Assembly (NCBI GenBank): GCA_012295275.1
Contig: CM022673.1
Coordinates: 1,984,001 to 2,048,000, forward strand
Source: Chrysomallon squamiferum
Taxonomy: Eukaryota > Animalia > Mollusca
Direction: 5' to 3'
DNA: 64,000 bases
The translations under genes were made by a program, and so were the position numbers. Below are positions 1 through 12,577 of this stretch, one piece after another. Each line of letters opens with the position of its first letter. The stretch's first letter is position 1. Under the pieces are notes generated by a model. That model made no database searches, had not been told where the DNA came from, and saw only the letters and a program-made list of their open reading frames with translations.

Positions 1-745
1 ACCTATAAATATCTAGATGAGTCTGAAACTTGATCCGTCCGATTAATTAGTTTCCATGGTTACAAGGTAATAAACACGCTGGACGTGCTAAGTGCCGCTT
101 GGGATATTTGCGGGAATAATAAGTTCAGCAAGCAAACGCCGGCGTACTTGAGTGGAATTCTGTTACAGACTGTTACGTTTCATCGCTGGACGTTACACGC
201 TGGTTTTACAAACAATGCCGCTACGTAACTGATGCGTGAACAAGGGAGGTAATCTTACCAGAAACACGTGCGGTATGGGGGCGAAAGAACACTGTTATTT
301 TCTTTAGGTTTTTTTTTTTTTTTTTTTTTTTTGCTGTTTTTTTTTCGTTTTTTCGTTTTGGTGTAGGTACAGGTAAGGTAATTCCTTAATCTCCATAGCA
401 GTATACGAGATATCTGATACACAATTAACTGTGAATATGAAGTGTCAAAGGTTAATGCCTACGTTTCTGATCTGTTGGTGCTTACGTTGCGCACCGACAG
501 ACAGAGGGACGGACATAACAAAAATACATGTCATTGACATTATGCTGTATGATATATTGTGCTGATGAATAATAAATCATATTAATACGATATCTACAAT
601 ACGGTGACTGTATTTGCCACTAAAAACACACATATTCTGATCGTACAGAAAATTAGAGTAAGACGAGATAAATGCAAGATGGAGACAGAGAGAAAGATAA
701 AGAGAGGCTGATAAACACAGAAAGACAGAAAATAGAAAACGAGCG

Positions 746-876
<131 letters not shown>

Positions 877-1639
877 TAATGAGATAGAGAGAAAAACAGA
901 TATAAACAGATAGGGAAAGAGGGTTAAGAATAATCTATTAAGGATTTATGATCTCGTGAATTAAATACAGTTGCTGGACAAATGTAGATATAATGACAAA
1001 CAAACGCTCACATGTGTTAGCATACGCATAAAAAAACAGACACACAAACCAAAAAATACATTTATCATTAAATCACAAAAGCATATAAACACCTATTATT
1101 TTTTCGTTTCCAAATACAACGACATTTGCTAATAAATTAGAAAAAAACCCTTTTATTCCTTTATTTTTTCTTTTATTTATTTATTAATTAGTATTATTAT
1201 TGTATTATTTATTATTCTTTCATTGATTCATTTTATTATTTATTTATTTATTTTATTTCATTTCATTTCATTTTATTTTATTTTTTTGTTTTTCAGATCT
1301 ACGAATTCCTTATTCTAACAGAGAGCTATTAATGACGTTCTTGTGACGTAACAGGTTTTATTGGAGATACTAAAGCTGCCCTTAGAAGAATTTCGAGTAC
1401 AGTGTTGAGGTAAACAGAGTCAAGGAGGGAGAGAGCTGATTTGTTTGCACACTACTTGGTATCCACGCCAGTCCCTGAGAGCACCTTATTGCGCATTCAC
1501 AACTCTCGCCCACGCCTACTTACGTACTATCGTGGGTTGCTAACAAGCATGTGTTGAGAAACAAATTACGTCAGGTCGTATACGTAAATTGATTTACGAT
1601 CTAGTTTATTTATTTATTTGTTGTTATGATTATTATTGT

Positions 1640-2075
1640 TATTATTATTAGTAGTAGTAGTAGTAGTTTTAGTATTAGTAGTAGATTGTTGTAGTAGTAG
1701 TAGTTGTTGTAGTAGTAATAGTAGATTGTTGTAGTAGTAGTGGTGGTGATGGTGGTGGTAGTAGTGGTGGCGGTGGTGGTAGTAGCAGTAGTAGTAGTAG
1801 TAGTAGTAATAGTAGCAGCAACACTGAGTTTTGTTGTAGTAGTAGTAAACACAGTACTATTGATATTTGTAGGAACAGTTGCCGCAGAAGCAGCATAGTA
1901 GTAATTAGTAGTTTTAGTGGTAGTAGTAGTAGTAGCAGTAGTAGTAATAGTAGTAGTAGTAGCAGTCGATGTAGAAGAAGCATGGTAGTTCTAATAACTG
2001 AAGCAGTAGTGGTTTTACTAGTTACAGAAATAGTAGAGGTTTTATTTATTTCAGTAGTGGTAGCGGTGGTAGTTA
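1640..2075. repeat. (TAG/TGG/TTG)n compound trinucleotide tract
   Basis: Visible low-complexity run. Confidence 0.9.
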
Positions 2076-2186
2076 AGATTAGTGATATAATTTTGGAAAG
2101 AATTAATATATGGAATACATATGTGTATTTTGTTATTTATATGTATGTGTTTGTGTTCATCCGTTGACATGTGTGTATTTTTGAAA

Positions 2187-2275
2187 GTATGTTTGTATGC
2201 ATGCATGTATGTATGTATGTATGTATGTATGTATGTATGTATGTATGTATGTATGTATGTATGTATGTATGTATG

Positions 2276-2307
<32 letters not shown>

Positions 2308-2365
2308 TGTATGTATGTATATATGTACGTACGTATGTATGTATGTATGTATGTATGTATGTATG
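2187..2365. repeat. (TATG)n microsatellite
   Basis: Near-perfect tetranucleotide run. Confidence 0.97.
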
Positions 2366-2822
2366 CTTCTGTGTGTATATGTATTTGTATATGAAGGTGT
2401 ATGTATGTATATGATGTATATATATATGTATACTTCTGTTGTATAGGAAGGTACGTGAAACTTTATTACGCACTAAACACTGGAGTGACACCCTCACAGT
2501 GGGAAGTAGAGACAAGAACAAACAAAGTCCTGGACATCTTCCCCGCGCACGCTAAACTCTCAAGAAGTAAAACTGTATCCAGACTCCACGCTAGGCAAAA
2601 AGATAAATTAAGAAGACAACAAGAGGGGTCCGGCGACAATCACAAACACAGCCACACAAAGACGTCGACCCACCTGTTTGTTTCAGGTGTTGTTAGCTTC
2701 GTCTCCTTTGATGTAGTTTACTCGGAGAGGTGTGTGCTTTTGAAGTCGGTCCAAATTTAAAGGGACACGAAAGAACACCCAGAATCAGTTTGAAAGCTTG
2801 ACCAGAAAATTGAAAAGAACGT

Positions 2823-2871
<49 letters not shown>

Positions 2872-4751
2872 ATTTGTTTTGTAAGTGTTATGTTTTTTAA
2901 TAATTTCAGACGGTAATTAGGAAGATGGTATAATTTTGTTATTATTATTGTTGTTGTTGTTATTGTTGTTGTTGTTGTTGTTCTTTCTTTTTTTTGATAT
3001 ATTGCTTTTCGTCTCTTTCTTTTTACTTATGCAATTCTTCTTCTTATCTTTATCACAGTCATCATTAGTAGTAGTAGTAGTAGTAGTCATACTGAGCTAA
3101 TATGAGATGTTATTTTTCCTATTACTACTACTCCATAAACAATGACATTATTACTACTAATAATACAGATTACTATTACTTCGACTAGGATCGCCACCAC
3201 TCAGCCAAAACTTACTTATTCTTCTACTTTTTCTACTACTAGTACTACTACTACTACTACTACTATTAATAAATAATAACAACAATAATAATAATAATAA
3301 TAATAACAACAACAACAACAACAACAACAACATCACAGTATAACAAACTACTACTATTACAACAACACACTTCCACAATTTGAAATTTAATTATTTTTCT
3401 TTATTCATGCGATTATGACTGTCTGTTACGTGTGTCAAAAAACCAACTCCACAATGGTGCTGTACAGTCTCTCCTAACAGCTAAAACGTCGAGTCAACTG
3501 ATCTGCCAGCCGTGTCATCTGATAACGATCTTGGATTACCGTTCGTCGACCAAAGTTCTGAAGGGAGACGACAGAAAACGTCTTCCACACACACACACTC
3601 CATGCGTCCGCATATCCTTGCCCGTCATTCTAAACACAATCTCCAAAACGCCACATCAATCATTTTCATAGCAGGTCCGTCCTTTATGCCAACTATCCTA
3701 TTCAGTGAAGTGCGAGTCAGGTTGATTTTATCAAGCTGGGTTTAAGACAGACGTATTCATTTGGACCGGTACCAAGACTGCTCGCCAGTTGTTTCCAATT
3801 GTGTTGCGTTTACGGCGCGGTAGCTGTGGCGTACAGCAAGTATTAGCAGCTCTGTGTTTTAATGAACTTGGGAGCAAAGACGACTCGACATTTGGAAATC
3901 AGACACTGAGTCTGGCTCAGAATTTGTTTCTCTGTCGAGTTTTGCTTGTTTGAGCTTGCTGACTGCTGAGTCATTTCAGTTGTTGATCACATTTATTGTT
4001 ATAACGGTGTTCGTGCACTTTAGCTTCTTTAGTATACATAAACGAGATACTATATGCAAGCGATAATTGTAGCAGTTGTAGCTGTATAAGCTGCAGTTGT
4101 TAAAATTTTAACCGTGTTAAGAAAAGTCAATAAAATTACTAGTAGCGGTGATGGTAGTAATTGACATATATTAATAAAGCTACAATATTTTAACATTATA
4201 TATTATTATATCAGACGTTGTCAGAGCAAGATAACAAACAGTAACTAGACATAATGACGTAAGCTACAGTTTACCTTTCCACACTGAGGAAAAGAAAAAT
4301 TCAAAACAACTGCAACTCTTGCAGATAGAAACACAACATGTATTACTTTAATCATGTCTTCTCTGTTTGAATCTTTATCGATTTTGTATTATTAACATTC
4401 AGCTGTTTTAATAAGGACGGAGTCTTCAAAGAAACTGAACTGAATGTTTGTTATATAACACGTCATTATTCACGGAAAAACTTAATAAAAAAAGCACGTA
4501 AAGGTAGTATAAGGCATTATGTGCTGCAAGAACAATCTCAGTCTTAAGTTCAAACTAACCATATCTCCACAGTTTTCTTTTTTATGGGTTCTGATATGTG
4601 GTTTCCTTCTTGTAGGACGGTTGATATAAAATTAGAGCTTGGAATAACTGAGATCGTTTGATTGATACGTAACATTGCTAATATTAATCTGCTGAGGTGT
4701 AAAAGAAAAATCTACTTAATATGACAATGAGAGAGGGAGACACACACACAC

Positions 4752-4755
<4 letters not shown>

Positions 4756-4818
<63 letters not shown>
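4756..4818. repeat. (AG)n microsatellite
   Basis: Perfect run. Confidence 0.97.
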
Positions 4819-4821
<3 letters not shown>

Positions 4822-6868
4822 AAAGAGAGAAAGACATAAATAAACATATGCACATTTAATAAAATAAAAAAAATATCGTAGTCTTTGTTGTTGATGTTGG
4901 TAACAATGTTAATATTGCTGATGTTGTTTTCAAAATCATTTGTGATTAATAAAGAAATAGATTTTTTTTTTATTATGGACATAAAAGTGGGGACATGCCA
5001 TACATACGCAACATTTATACATAAACACATATTTAAAAAAATATATATATAATTATTTATAGATTTAATAGAGGTATTAATATGACAGCTAACCAGCATA
5101 ACCCAAAACCCGATCTTTTAACAACAGGCTCACATTTCCTACACTTAATGGCTGGGTGTCTGTGAAACGTGAAGAGGAAAATACGTTAGCGAAAGGCAAT
5201 GTTTTGTTACGCTAAAATAACATATTACCGGTAAGCACGTTATATCGGTACGTCATTGAAAAAAAATCGCTGTCACGTGATCATCGTTTTAGAAACGTGA
5301 GCAACAAAACACAGAGCAGTTCGTGAACCTCTTGTCGGTACAAGTGTTTCGCACTTCTTTTCATGTAGACAGAGAACAACACGAGCGTGTTTGCGTGGTT
5401 GAAAGGCGAGTTTAACACCTCAACAATGGACGATGGTTTTCTTCCGCAGGCCGTTCCGCAAGCTGATAACATTCAGTGATCCACAACACGATTTCCTTAC
5501 CAAAACCCAAACTGTTGTGTTCACTGAATGGAAGGAGAAAAACTGTGACGTATTCCGACGATGAATGCAATAACGGGAGGTGACCTTATTCCACTAGTAA
5601 TCCCTAGTAATAGTTGAAAACGATTCACTAGTCAGTAGTAGTAGTAGTAGTAATAATAATAATAATGACAATAACAACAATACGATGACAATGATGATGA
5701 TGATGATGATGACGATAAAGATAATTATGACTGAAAACAAATTTAGATTATTTTCTCTTACAAAACCACCATACCTATAAGGTATGTAGTAATACCTTAT
5801 TCATTTCACGTGTACAAAGTAACCTGATTTATCAGTGGTAAGCAGTTTACGGGGTAAAAAATTAAGAAACGAAGGAGAAAACAAAGAAACAAACAAAATA
5901 AAACAATAGGAAGATAAAATAAAGAAAGAAAGAAAGAAAAACACGACTCAAATTTTTAATTGTCGTATAAGCTAAAGGAATTTCTCAGCCAGTAAAAAAT
6001 AAATAAAATAAAATAAAAACAAAGAATAAAGAACAAACAAAGATCCCAAAATGTGAAATAAATAAATAACTAAATGAATGAATAATGATGATGATGAGAT
6101 AAATGTACAAAAATGTTTATTTTTGTTTGTTTCTTCATCCACTTTTTTTTTTTATTGCAAGATGTGTTGTAGACGAAACATTCAGCTGGATTCAATACAA
6201 AAAATAATCTGTTTCTGATTAATTGTACATTTTTTTTATAGAAATAAAATTAAATTAGAGATCAAATTAACGAAAAGGTAAAATAACTGATTATACCTGT
6301 TTGTTTATCTATGAATATATTTATGTTTGTATGTAAGTATGCATGTATTGATGTACATGTATGCTGTTATATGTGTGCGTGTATGTGTATATATGTGCGT
6401 ATGTATGTGCGTTTGATCATTGTTAGTAAAGGATTTAATATGATTTTCATTTAAAAAAATTCTAGTTATACGTACATACATTTCCTTCTATTCTGTAACA
6501 TTCAGTTTCATAACACACGCATATACACACCTTCATAATACACACACTCAGACACACACACACACACACAAATAACAATAACAACAAAAATTAACAGACA
6601 TACAAACACAATTACATGCCCAGATATACACAGATATGAACACATTCATTCATACGTACAAATGTATTTACTTCTAAGAATTTATACCCTTACATTTTCT
6701 GTAAGCCTGATTAATAATAATAAAAATAAATAATGTATTCTGCACACTCTTCCAAGCTTTTTTTGTTCATGTCTCCATAAATAAACACACAATAATATCA
6801 ATTATATTTCCATTAAATTCTGCTTATTTTGATCTGACAAAAATGAATATTAGTCCACTCTGTTTCTC

Positions 6869-8923
6869 TTAAAATTTCATCACAATGATGTCACTGTCAC
6901 AAGCCTTTGTCACGGCATCGTGAACGTCATAGAAGACGTGACTTTTGGGAAGAAGGTTGTACACCTGTGCTTTTTCCAAAACCATCAGCATGTAAGGACA
7001 ACACCGTACCAGAAAGATTTCAGTTCCAATTCGTTTATACTGGGCAATTATGAGTTTCAGAACATTAACTCCTGCCATGTCGATATAAGTCATAGCTGAA
7101 CAATCCAAGATAATGTGATGTATGAGCACTGGATTTTCTGTTTGTTCTTCGTTATGTTCCAGTCCGTTAGGCAGCAGTTCGTCCTTTGATAAATGAACGT
7201 TATTAACGCGCGGTATTTCTGCTGTATTCAGAGGGTGGTAAGTATGCCTAAACAGCTCCGACTTGAACTTGTCTGCTGTTGCGAAGAAGAGAGTTGTGTT
7301 AAAGTAAAATATCTTTACGCCTTCTCGTTCTTTGATATGTTTGTGACCTTTGACGTGAAGGTAAACGTCTTCATTTTCCGAAATCCCAATCAGCTGTCCA
7401 GAGGAAACCTGACTCTGGACGATCACGGTGAATATGGGGACCCCAACTCCCATTACGAGTCCATAATCCAGATCCACGAGAATAGAAACCGACACTGTCG
7501 TTAGCATGATGACGAAATCGCCTTTGCTGATTCTCCACAAACTTGGCAGCTGCCTCATTTGAAGCAGCAAATTCTTCATGGCAATCATGATCATTGCTGC
7601 CAGAACCGACACGGGAAGAGCTACAAAGAGAGGACCCGCTGCCAGTAAGACTACGAGGATGAAGACAGCAGACGTGACTGCGTTCAGCGTCGTCTTCGAG
7701 CCTTGTGAACTGAGAATCATACTTCGTGGTGGCGCCACGCACTGAGGAAAGCACTGGAAGAAAGAACTGAGCAGATTCGTTGCTCCGTAAGCCACCAGTT
7801 CCTGGTTGCTGTCCACTTCATAATCGTGAATGGCAGCACAAAGCTTTGCCATCGATATCGTCATCGCAAAGGTGAGAATGGCGATTATGAAACACTGTTG
7901 AAAGATTCTGGCAGCTACGCTAATATGGGGAAGCTTTGGCACTGGCATACCTGAAGGAATCGTCCCAACCACGTGAATTCCGTATCTTCTTTCAAGTTCT
8001 GAATAATATGATATTATTGTCGCGATGATGACAAGTATTAAGTCTATTGGCACTGGCATTTTCATCTTTTTCGCATAGCGTTCGTTGATACCAATTTTAA
8101 CAGCCAACAAAATAACAGCACTTATCAAACCGACAATGAGATCAGGAACGTTAGTCTCTGCTAGTTTTGAAATTATCTCAACGTACACAAGAACAATTTT
8201 GCCGGGGCCGGAATGACTTTTGATTTTGATGCCAAACATTTTGTTAACCTGGCTGGTTGCAATGTGGAACGCTGCAGCGGTGGTGAATCCAGCAACAAAG
8301 GACACGGCTAAGTAGTTAGTAATAAAACCGAGTCTCAGAAAACCCATAGCAAGCAGGATGACTCCTGTCAGAAACGACGCTGCCATAGCGATCCCTACTT
8401 TGAATTCCAGGTGATCGTCTGCTAAAGTCGAATTGGAAGAATTTCCCGCGATGCCAAACTCTAGCTCAGTCTCTTTCTCCACAATGGCCGCGGTGAGAAG
8501 AGCTATTACAGCATTAGTTCCAAACGATACGTGCGGGGAAGTTCCGAACACACAATAGAAAGAAATACCAAAGAAAGTGCTGTACAATCCATGCACGGGT
8601 TTTAGAGAGGCTAGGATTCCGAATCCGAGACCTTGAGGGAGGTGCATGAAAGCCACTGAAAGACCTGCCATGAAGTCATAGACTGTGTTATTTTTCCATT
8701 TGTATCTTTTGATGACCAAAATGATGGGTATCAGAGAGAGAAGTCCATAGCAGATTTTCTCTTTCGAACACTGACAGTGATTTCCCAGCCGTTCTCTCCA
8801 GGATTTGGGTTGAGGAATTTCTTTATAGACTTCCTCTAAATCTGTCTGTGTGTACATTCGTCGTTTGATAGTAACAGTTTCACTGTCCTCCTTCGAAGAT
8901 ATTTTATCTAAAGAAATTTCCAT
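6869..8923 (-). CDS. SLC26/SulP family anion transporter (prestin/pendrin/SLC26A6-like), sulfate_transp TM domain + STAS domain, 684 aa, single coding exon
   Basis: Uninterrupted 684-aa ORF with SLC26 motifs: DFMAGLSVAFMHLPQGLGFGILASLKPVHGLYS, FGTSPHVSFGT, GFLRLGFITNYL..GFTTAAAFHI, TISMAK..HDYEVDSNQELVAYG, and STAS IILDCSAMTYIDMAG...VFYDVHDAV. A splice acceptor (polypyrimidine + CAG) precedes exon start 8942, 19 nt before the ATG. Exact paralogue cannot be assigned by eye. Confidence 0.95.
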   Translation of the reverse strand: MEISLDKISSKEDSETVTIKRRMYTQTDLEEVYKEIPQPKSWRERLGNHCQCSKEKICYGLLSLIPIILVIKRYKWKNNTVYDFMAGLSVAFMHLPQGLGFGILASLKPVHGLYSTFFGISFYCVFGTSPHVSFGTNAVIALLTAAIVEKETELEFGIAGNSSNSTLADDHLEFKVGIAMAASFLTGVILLAMGFLRLGFITNYLAVSFVAGFTTAAAFHIATSQVNKMFGIKIKSHSGPGKIVLVYVEIISKLAETNVPDLIVGLISAVILLAVKIGINERYAKKMKMPVPIDLILVIIATIISYYSELERRYGIHVVGTIPSGMPVPKLPHISVAARIFQQCFIIAILTFAMTISMAKLCAAIHDYEVDSNQELVAYGATNLLSSFFQCFPQCVAPPRSMILSSQGSKTTLNAVTSAVFILVVLLAAGPLFVALPVSVLAAMIMIAMKNLLLQMRQLPSLWRISKGDFVIMLTTVSVSILVDLDYGLVMGVGVPIFTVIVQSQVSSGQLIGISENEDVYLHVKGHKHIKEREGVKIFYFNTTLFFATADKFKSELFRHTYHPLNTAEIPRVNNVHLSKDELLPNGLEHNEEQTENPVLIHHIILDCSAMTYIDMAGVNVLKLIIAQYKRIGTEIFLVRCCPYMLMVLEKAQVYNLLPKSHVFYDVHDAVTKACDSDIIVMKF

Positions 8924-10027
8924 TTTTGAATTTTCTGTATCCCTGAAAATAAAAAAAATAAATCAAATAAATATAATATATATTTTTTTATTTTAACATA
9001 AAATATATGTATATCTTTCTATCTGTAATCTCAAAAATAGCTACCAGTGTTTTAAAACAAGACTTACATAGTATTAATTATTAATTAGTTGAAAGTAATT
9101 ATTATTGTTTGAATTTATGACAGTTAATAAGTGGAGCGAACAATATGAAACAATCATGGCTTAAGATCTTTTTCTTATTTTTGAAGAAACGGTTTTCTTA
9201 CTGTAACAGTTTATTTATTCATCCAGCAAAATTCCTATCAGTTTATTTCACTTATGGCGGGTTTGTGTCTGTGTCTGTCTTTCTGTCTGTCATTCTTTCT
9301 TCTCCTCTCCGACTCTCGCATGCAAATACACACAACAACAACAAGAACAATAACAACAACAGCAACAACAACAACAACAAACTGATCAGTACGTGGTATG
9401 ACTCGTTAAACTGTCGTACAAGTACGTTTCACAATTTTCCACTTTGATGAAACTAATATGGTGGATGTTGCTATTTAAAGCTTCCATCGTCCTGAATCAT
9501 GGACACTGGTCACGAACAAGTATTCTATATGCAAATATTCGGTGGTAGCTCGAAACAAGTGAAAAAAAAAACAAAAAATAACATACAGACAACTCCGAGG
9601 TAATAATATACCTGTAGTTACGTTACAGAACACATGTTTGGGTCGTCTTGCACTGAATCCCGTTCAGGACAATACCAAAATGTTCCAATTGGCTTAACAT
9701 AAAAAAAACTGCCAGCGTACTATGTAATTAATACACAGGTTGTTGTCTTGCTTCTAAATAGTACGTACAATTAAATGTTATCAACAGAGTCAGTAAAAAT
9801 GTTACGATTCTTTTCTCTTTTTTAAATCTACTATAACTGCCGATCGTGGTACAGAAGCGTGGGTTTTTCTCATGAGAGCCGCAGTTCATTATGAAAGAAA
9901 ACAATGAACGAACAGCGGTAGTCGCCATTTTTTTCATTTTCTAGGTCGAAGAAGTCACCAATTTGTCGAGCAGTCTTTTATGAACCAAATAAATAAATAA
10001 AAATATATATATATAAAAAAAACCTAC

Positions 10028-10391
10028 CTCGATTGAAATCAGGGGTTTTGTTTTCTGCTGTAATTCCACTATCGTGCAGGTCTGTGCAATAGTGATAGAC
10101 ACGCTGGTGTTTTTCAAGAATACTGAATACATGAAGTTTACCAAGATTTTCTATTCTGATGAAGTGAAGCGAATCGCTATTGACTTGAGTTGTGTTTTGT
10201 ATGATGGCCTCGGAACTGTATCAAATGTCGCGACTGAAAGCTGTGTGTCAAATGAATGTACTTTATCCGCTCTCAAAAGCATTTCTTTTCTAATAATACT
10301 GGATTTAGATTCCCATGTCCATGTGAGAAACGATGTTAGGTCAAACATTGTTAGTAATTCTACCCTAGATCATGCATATATCGTTTAACTT
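10028..10391 (-). other. Candidate non-coding 5' UTR exon of the SLC26 gene
   Basis: Very strong polypyrimidine tract + ttccag before 10391, GAG|gtaggt donor at 10027; stops in all frames; several uATGs. Confidence 0.5.
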
Positions 10392-10455
10392 CTGGAAGAC
10401 CAAGAAGAAGAAAAAGAGGAGGAAGAAGTAGAACAGAACAATAACAACAACAACC

Positions 10456-10524
<69 letters not shown>

Positions 10525-10741
10525 TGTCCTGAATTAATACTCGTATTTAATGTATATTTATTGAAAACTGGCGCATAGGTCGAAGACTCAGTCGAAATGC
10601 TTTCATTTTCAAAAAGGTCTACAAACTCATGAGAGTATTCTGTTATACATGTGAAATAAATATCAGTATTAACTAACATATTGATGTTTATCTACACCTA
10701 AAAGCATCATATCTTGGACAGAACTAAATGTTGATGTTTAC

Positions 10742-10789
10742 CGCAGATTTGGGCCTCACCACATTCACATTCTGCCTTGGTGGTAATAT
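10742..10789 (-). other. Candidate small 5' UTR exon of the SLC26 gene (a further donor AG|gtaagt lies at 10851)
   Basis: tttttcag acceptor and CG|gtaaac donor; 62-nt intron to the consensus donor at 10851. Confidence 0.3.
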
Positions 10790-11380
10790 CTGAAAAACTG
10801 CATAAACTCACACATCATTGATTTTTTTCTTATTCTATTTTTTTTACTTACCTATGTTTTAACGAACATAACTGCAGTAAACGATAAATTGAAGCTCTCG
10901 GAAAGTTTTTCTCTGCTAGTATAATGATAGTATAATTAAAGTTTTTAAATCAGAAGAAGAAATAAACGTAGTGATGTTAAAGAAGAACAGAAATGTATTA
11001 GATGCAATCGAATGAAACACAATACACGACTTTACCCTGAACGTGCCTGTTACAACGTAGTGGAAGAAAAAGAACTAGTATACTAATATTTCAGTGCAGT
11101 TTGTTACGTGTCAGTGCACATACAATATTATTACATGTTACGCTATAATCTTTATGTAACCGAAAGTCACCAACTGTCTTTAACTGAAAATGTAAGCTAA
11201 ATATCATTAAATGTTAGGAATGTTAAATACACAGCCTCAAACAGAAAAAGAAAGTTATTGTAAGTATTAATGTGATGTTAGTTTGAAAGACAGATGTGAC
11301 GAAATGACGTCACTACACGATATTACATTAAACTATGCTATGAAACACTACACTGCACTATACTGCATTGCACTGTTCTA

Positions 11381-12020
11381 CATCACACTACTCTAAACTA
11401 CAATATACTGTAGTACGTTACAATACACGGTTCTACACTGCTCTAAACTAAACTATACTGCAGTACCTTACAATACACAGTACTACACTGCTCTAAACTA
11501 CACTATACTGAAGTACCTTACAATACACAGTACTACATTGCTCTAAACAACACTATACTGTGGTACCTTACAATACACAGTACTACACTGCTCTAAACTA
11601 CACTATACTGTAGTACCTTACAATACACAGTACTACATTGCTCTAAACTACACTATACTGTGGTACCTTACAATACACAGTACTACACTGCTCTAAACTA
11701 CACTATACTGTAGTACCTTACAATACACAGTACTACTCTGCTCTAAACTACACCATACTGTAGTACTTTACGATACAGTTCTACACTGCTCTAAACTACA
11801 CCATACTGTAGTACTTTACGATACAGTTCTACACTGCTCTAAACTACACCATACTGTAGTACTTTACGATACAGTTCTACACTGCTCTAAACTACACCAT
11901 ACTGTAGTACTTTACGATACAGTTCTACACTGCTCTAAACTACACCATACTGTAGTACTTTACGATACAGTTCTACACTGCTCTAAACTACACCATACTG
12001 TAGTACCTTACGATACACAG
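11381..12020. repeat. Minisatellite, 13 units of 50/48 bp (tactacactgctctaaactacactatactgtagtaccttacaatacacag)
   Basis: Directly visible tandem units; seven 50-mers, five 48-mers, one 50-mer. Confidence 0.95.
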
Positions 12021-12356
12021 TACTCTACTGCAACATTAAACTACACTACACAACACTACACATCACTACACTATACTAAACTATTAATTCTCTTAAATGT
12101 GGGTCGTATTAAACCATTCTAATCATTTTATTAATATCATTCGTTGCTCGGATTGACGCCACATTTAAAACGTTATTAAGTGTAAAAACAAAACAAAAAA
12201 GGGTGATGGTAAAATATCTATAATTATACAAAATAAACTTTCACAAAACAAATTAACTGCTGGATTAGCTCCATCGACGCACACACCATAGGATACGTTT
12301 TCAGAGAGGTGATAGATTTACAGATTAAAACAATTCTTGTTTCTTTATAAAACGAT

Positions 12357-12577
<221 letters not shown>

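Noticed and set aside
1297-1590. Plus-strand exon after a strong acceptor (tttttcag at 1296)
   Set aside because: Stops occur in all three frames within about 50 nt and there is no homology. It might be a UTR or last exon of a gene outside the window, but I cannot support that.
2401-3960. CpG-rich complex segments with short ORFs (2401-2760, 3432-3745)
   Set aside because: No recognisable domains or consistent splice signals. They may be regulatory, but nothing specific can be claimed.
7193-7754. ORFs 7193-7504 (+) and 7371-7754 (-) overlapping SLC26
   Set aside because: Antisense and alternative-frame shadows of a real CDS with no recognisable motifs.
10074-10388. 104-aa plus-strand ORF upstream of SLC26
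   Set aside because: Non-ATG start, no recognisable family, and the flanking splice signals point to the minus strand.
11381-12020. Regularly spaced ~50 bp repeats resembling a CRISPR array
   Set aside because: Units are contiguous with no unique spacers, there are no cas genes, and the context is eukaryotic.
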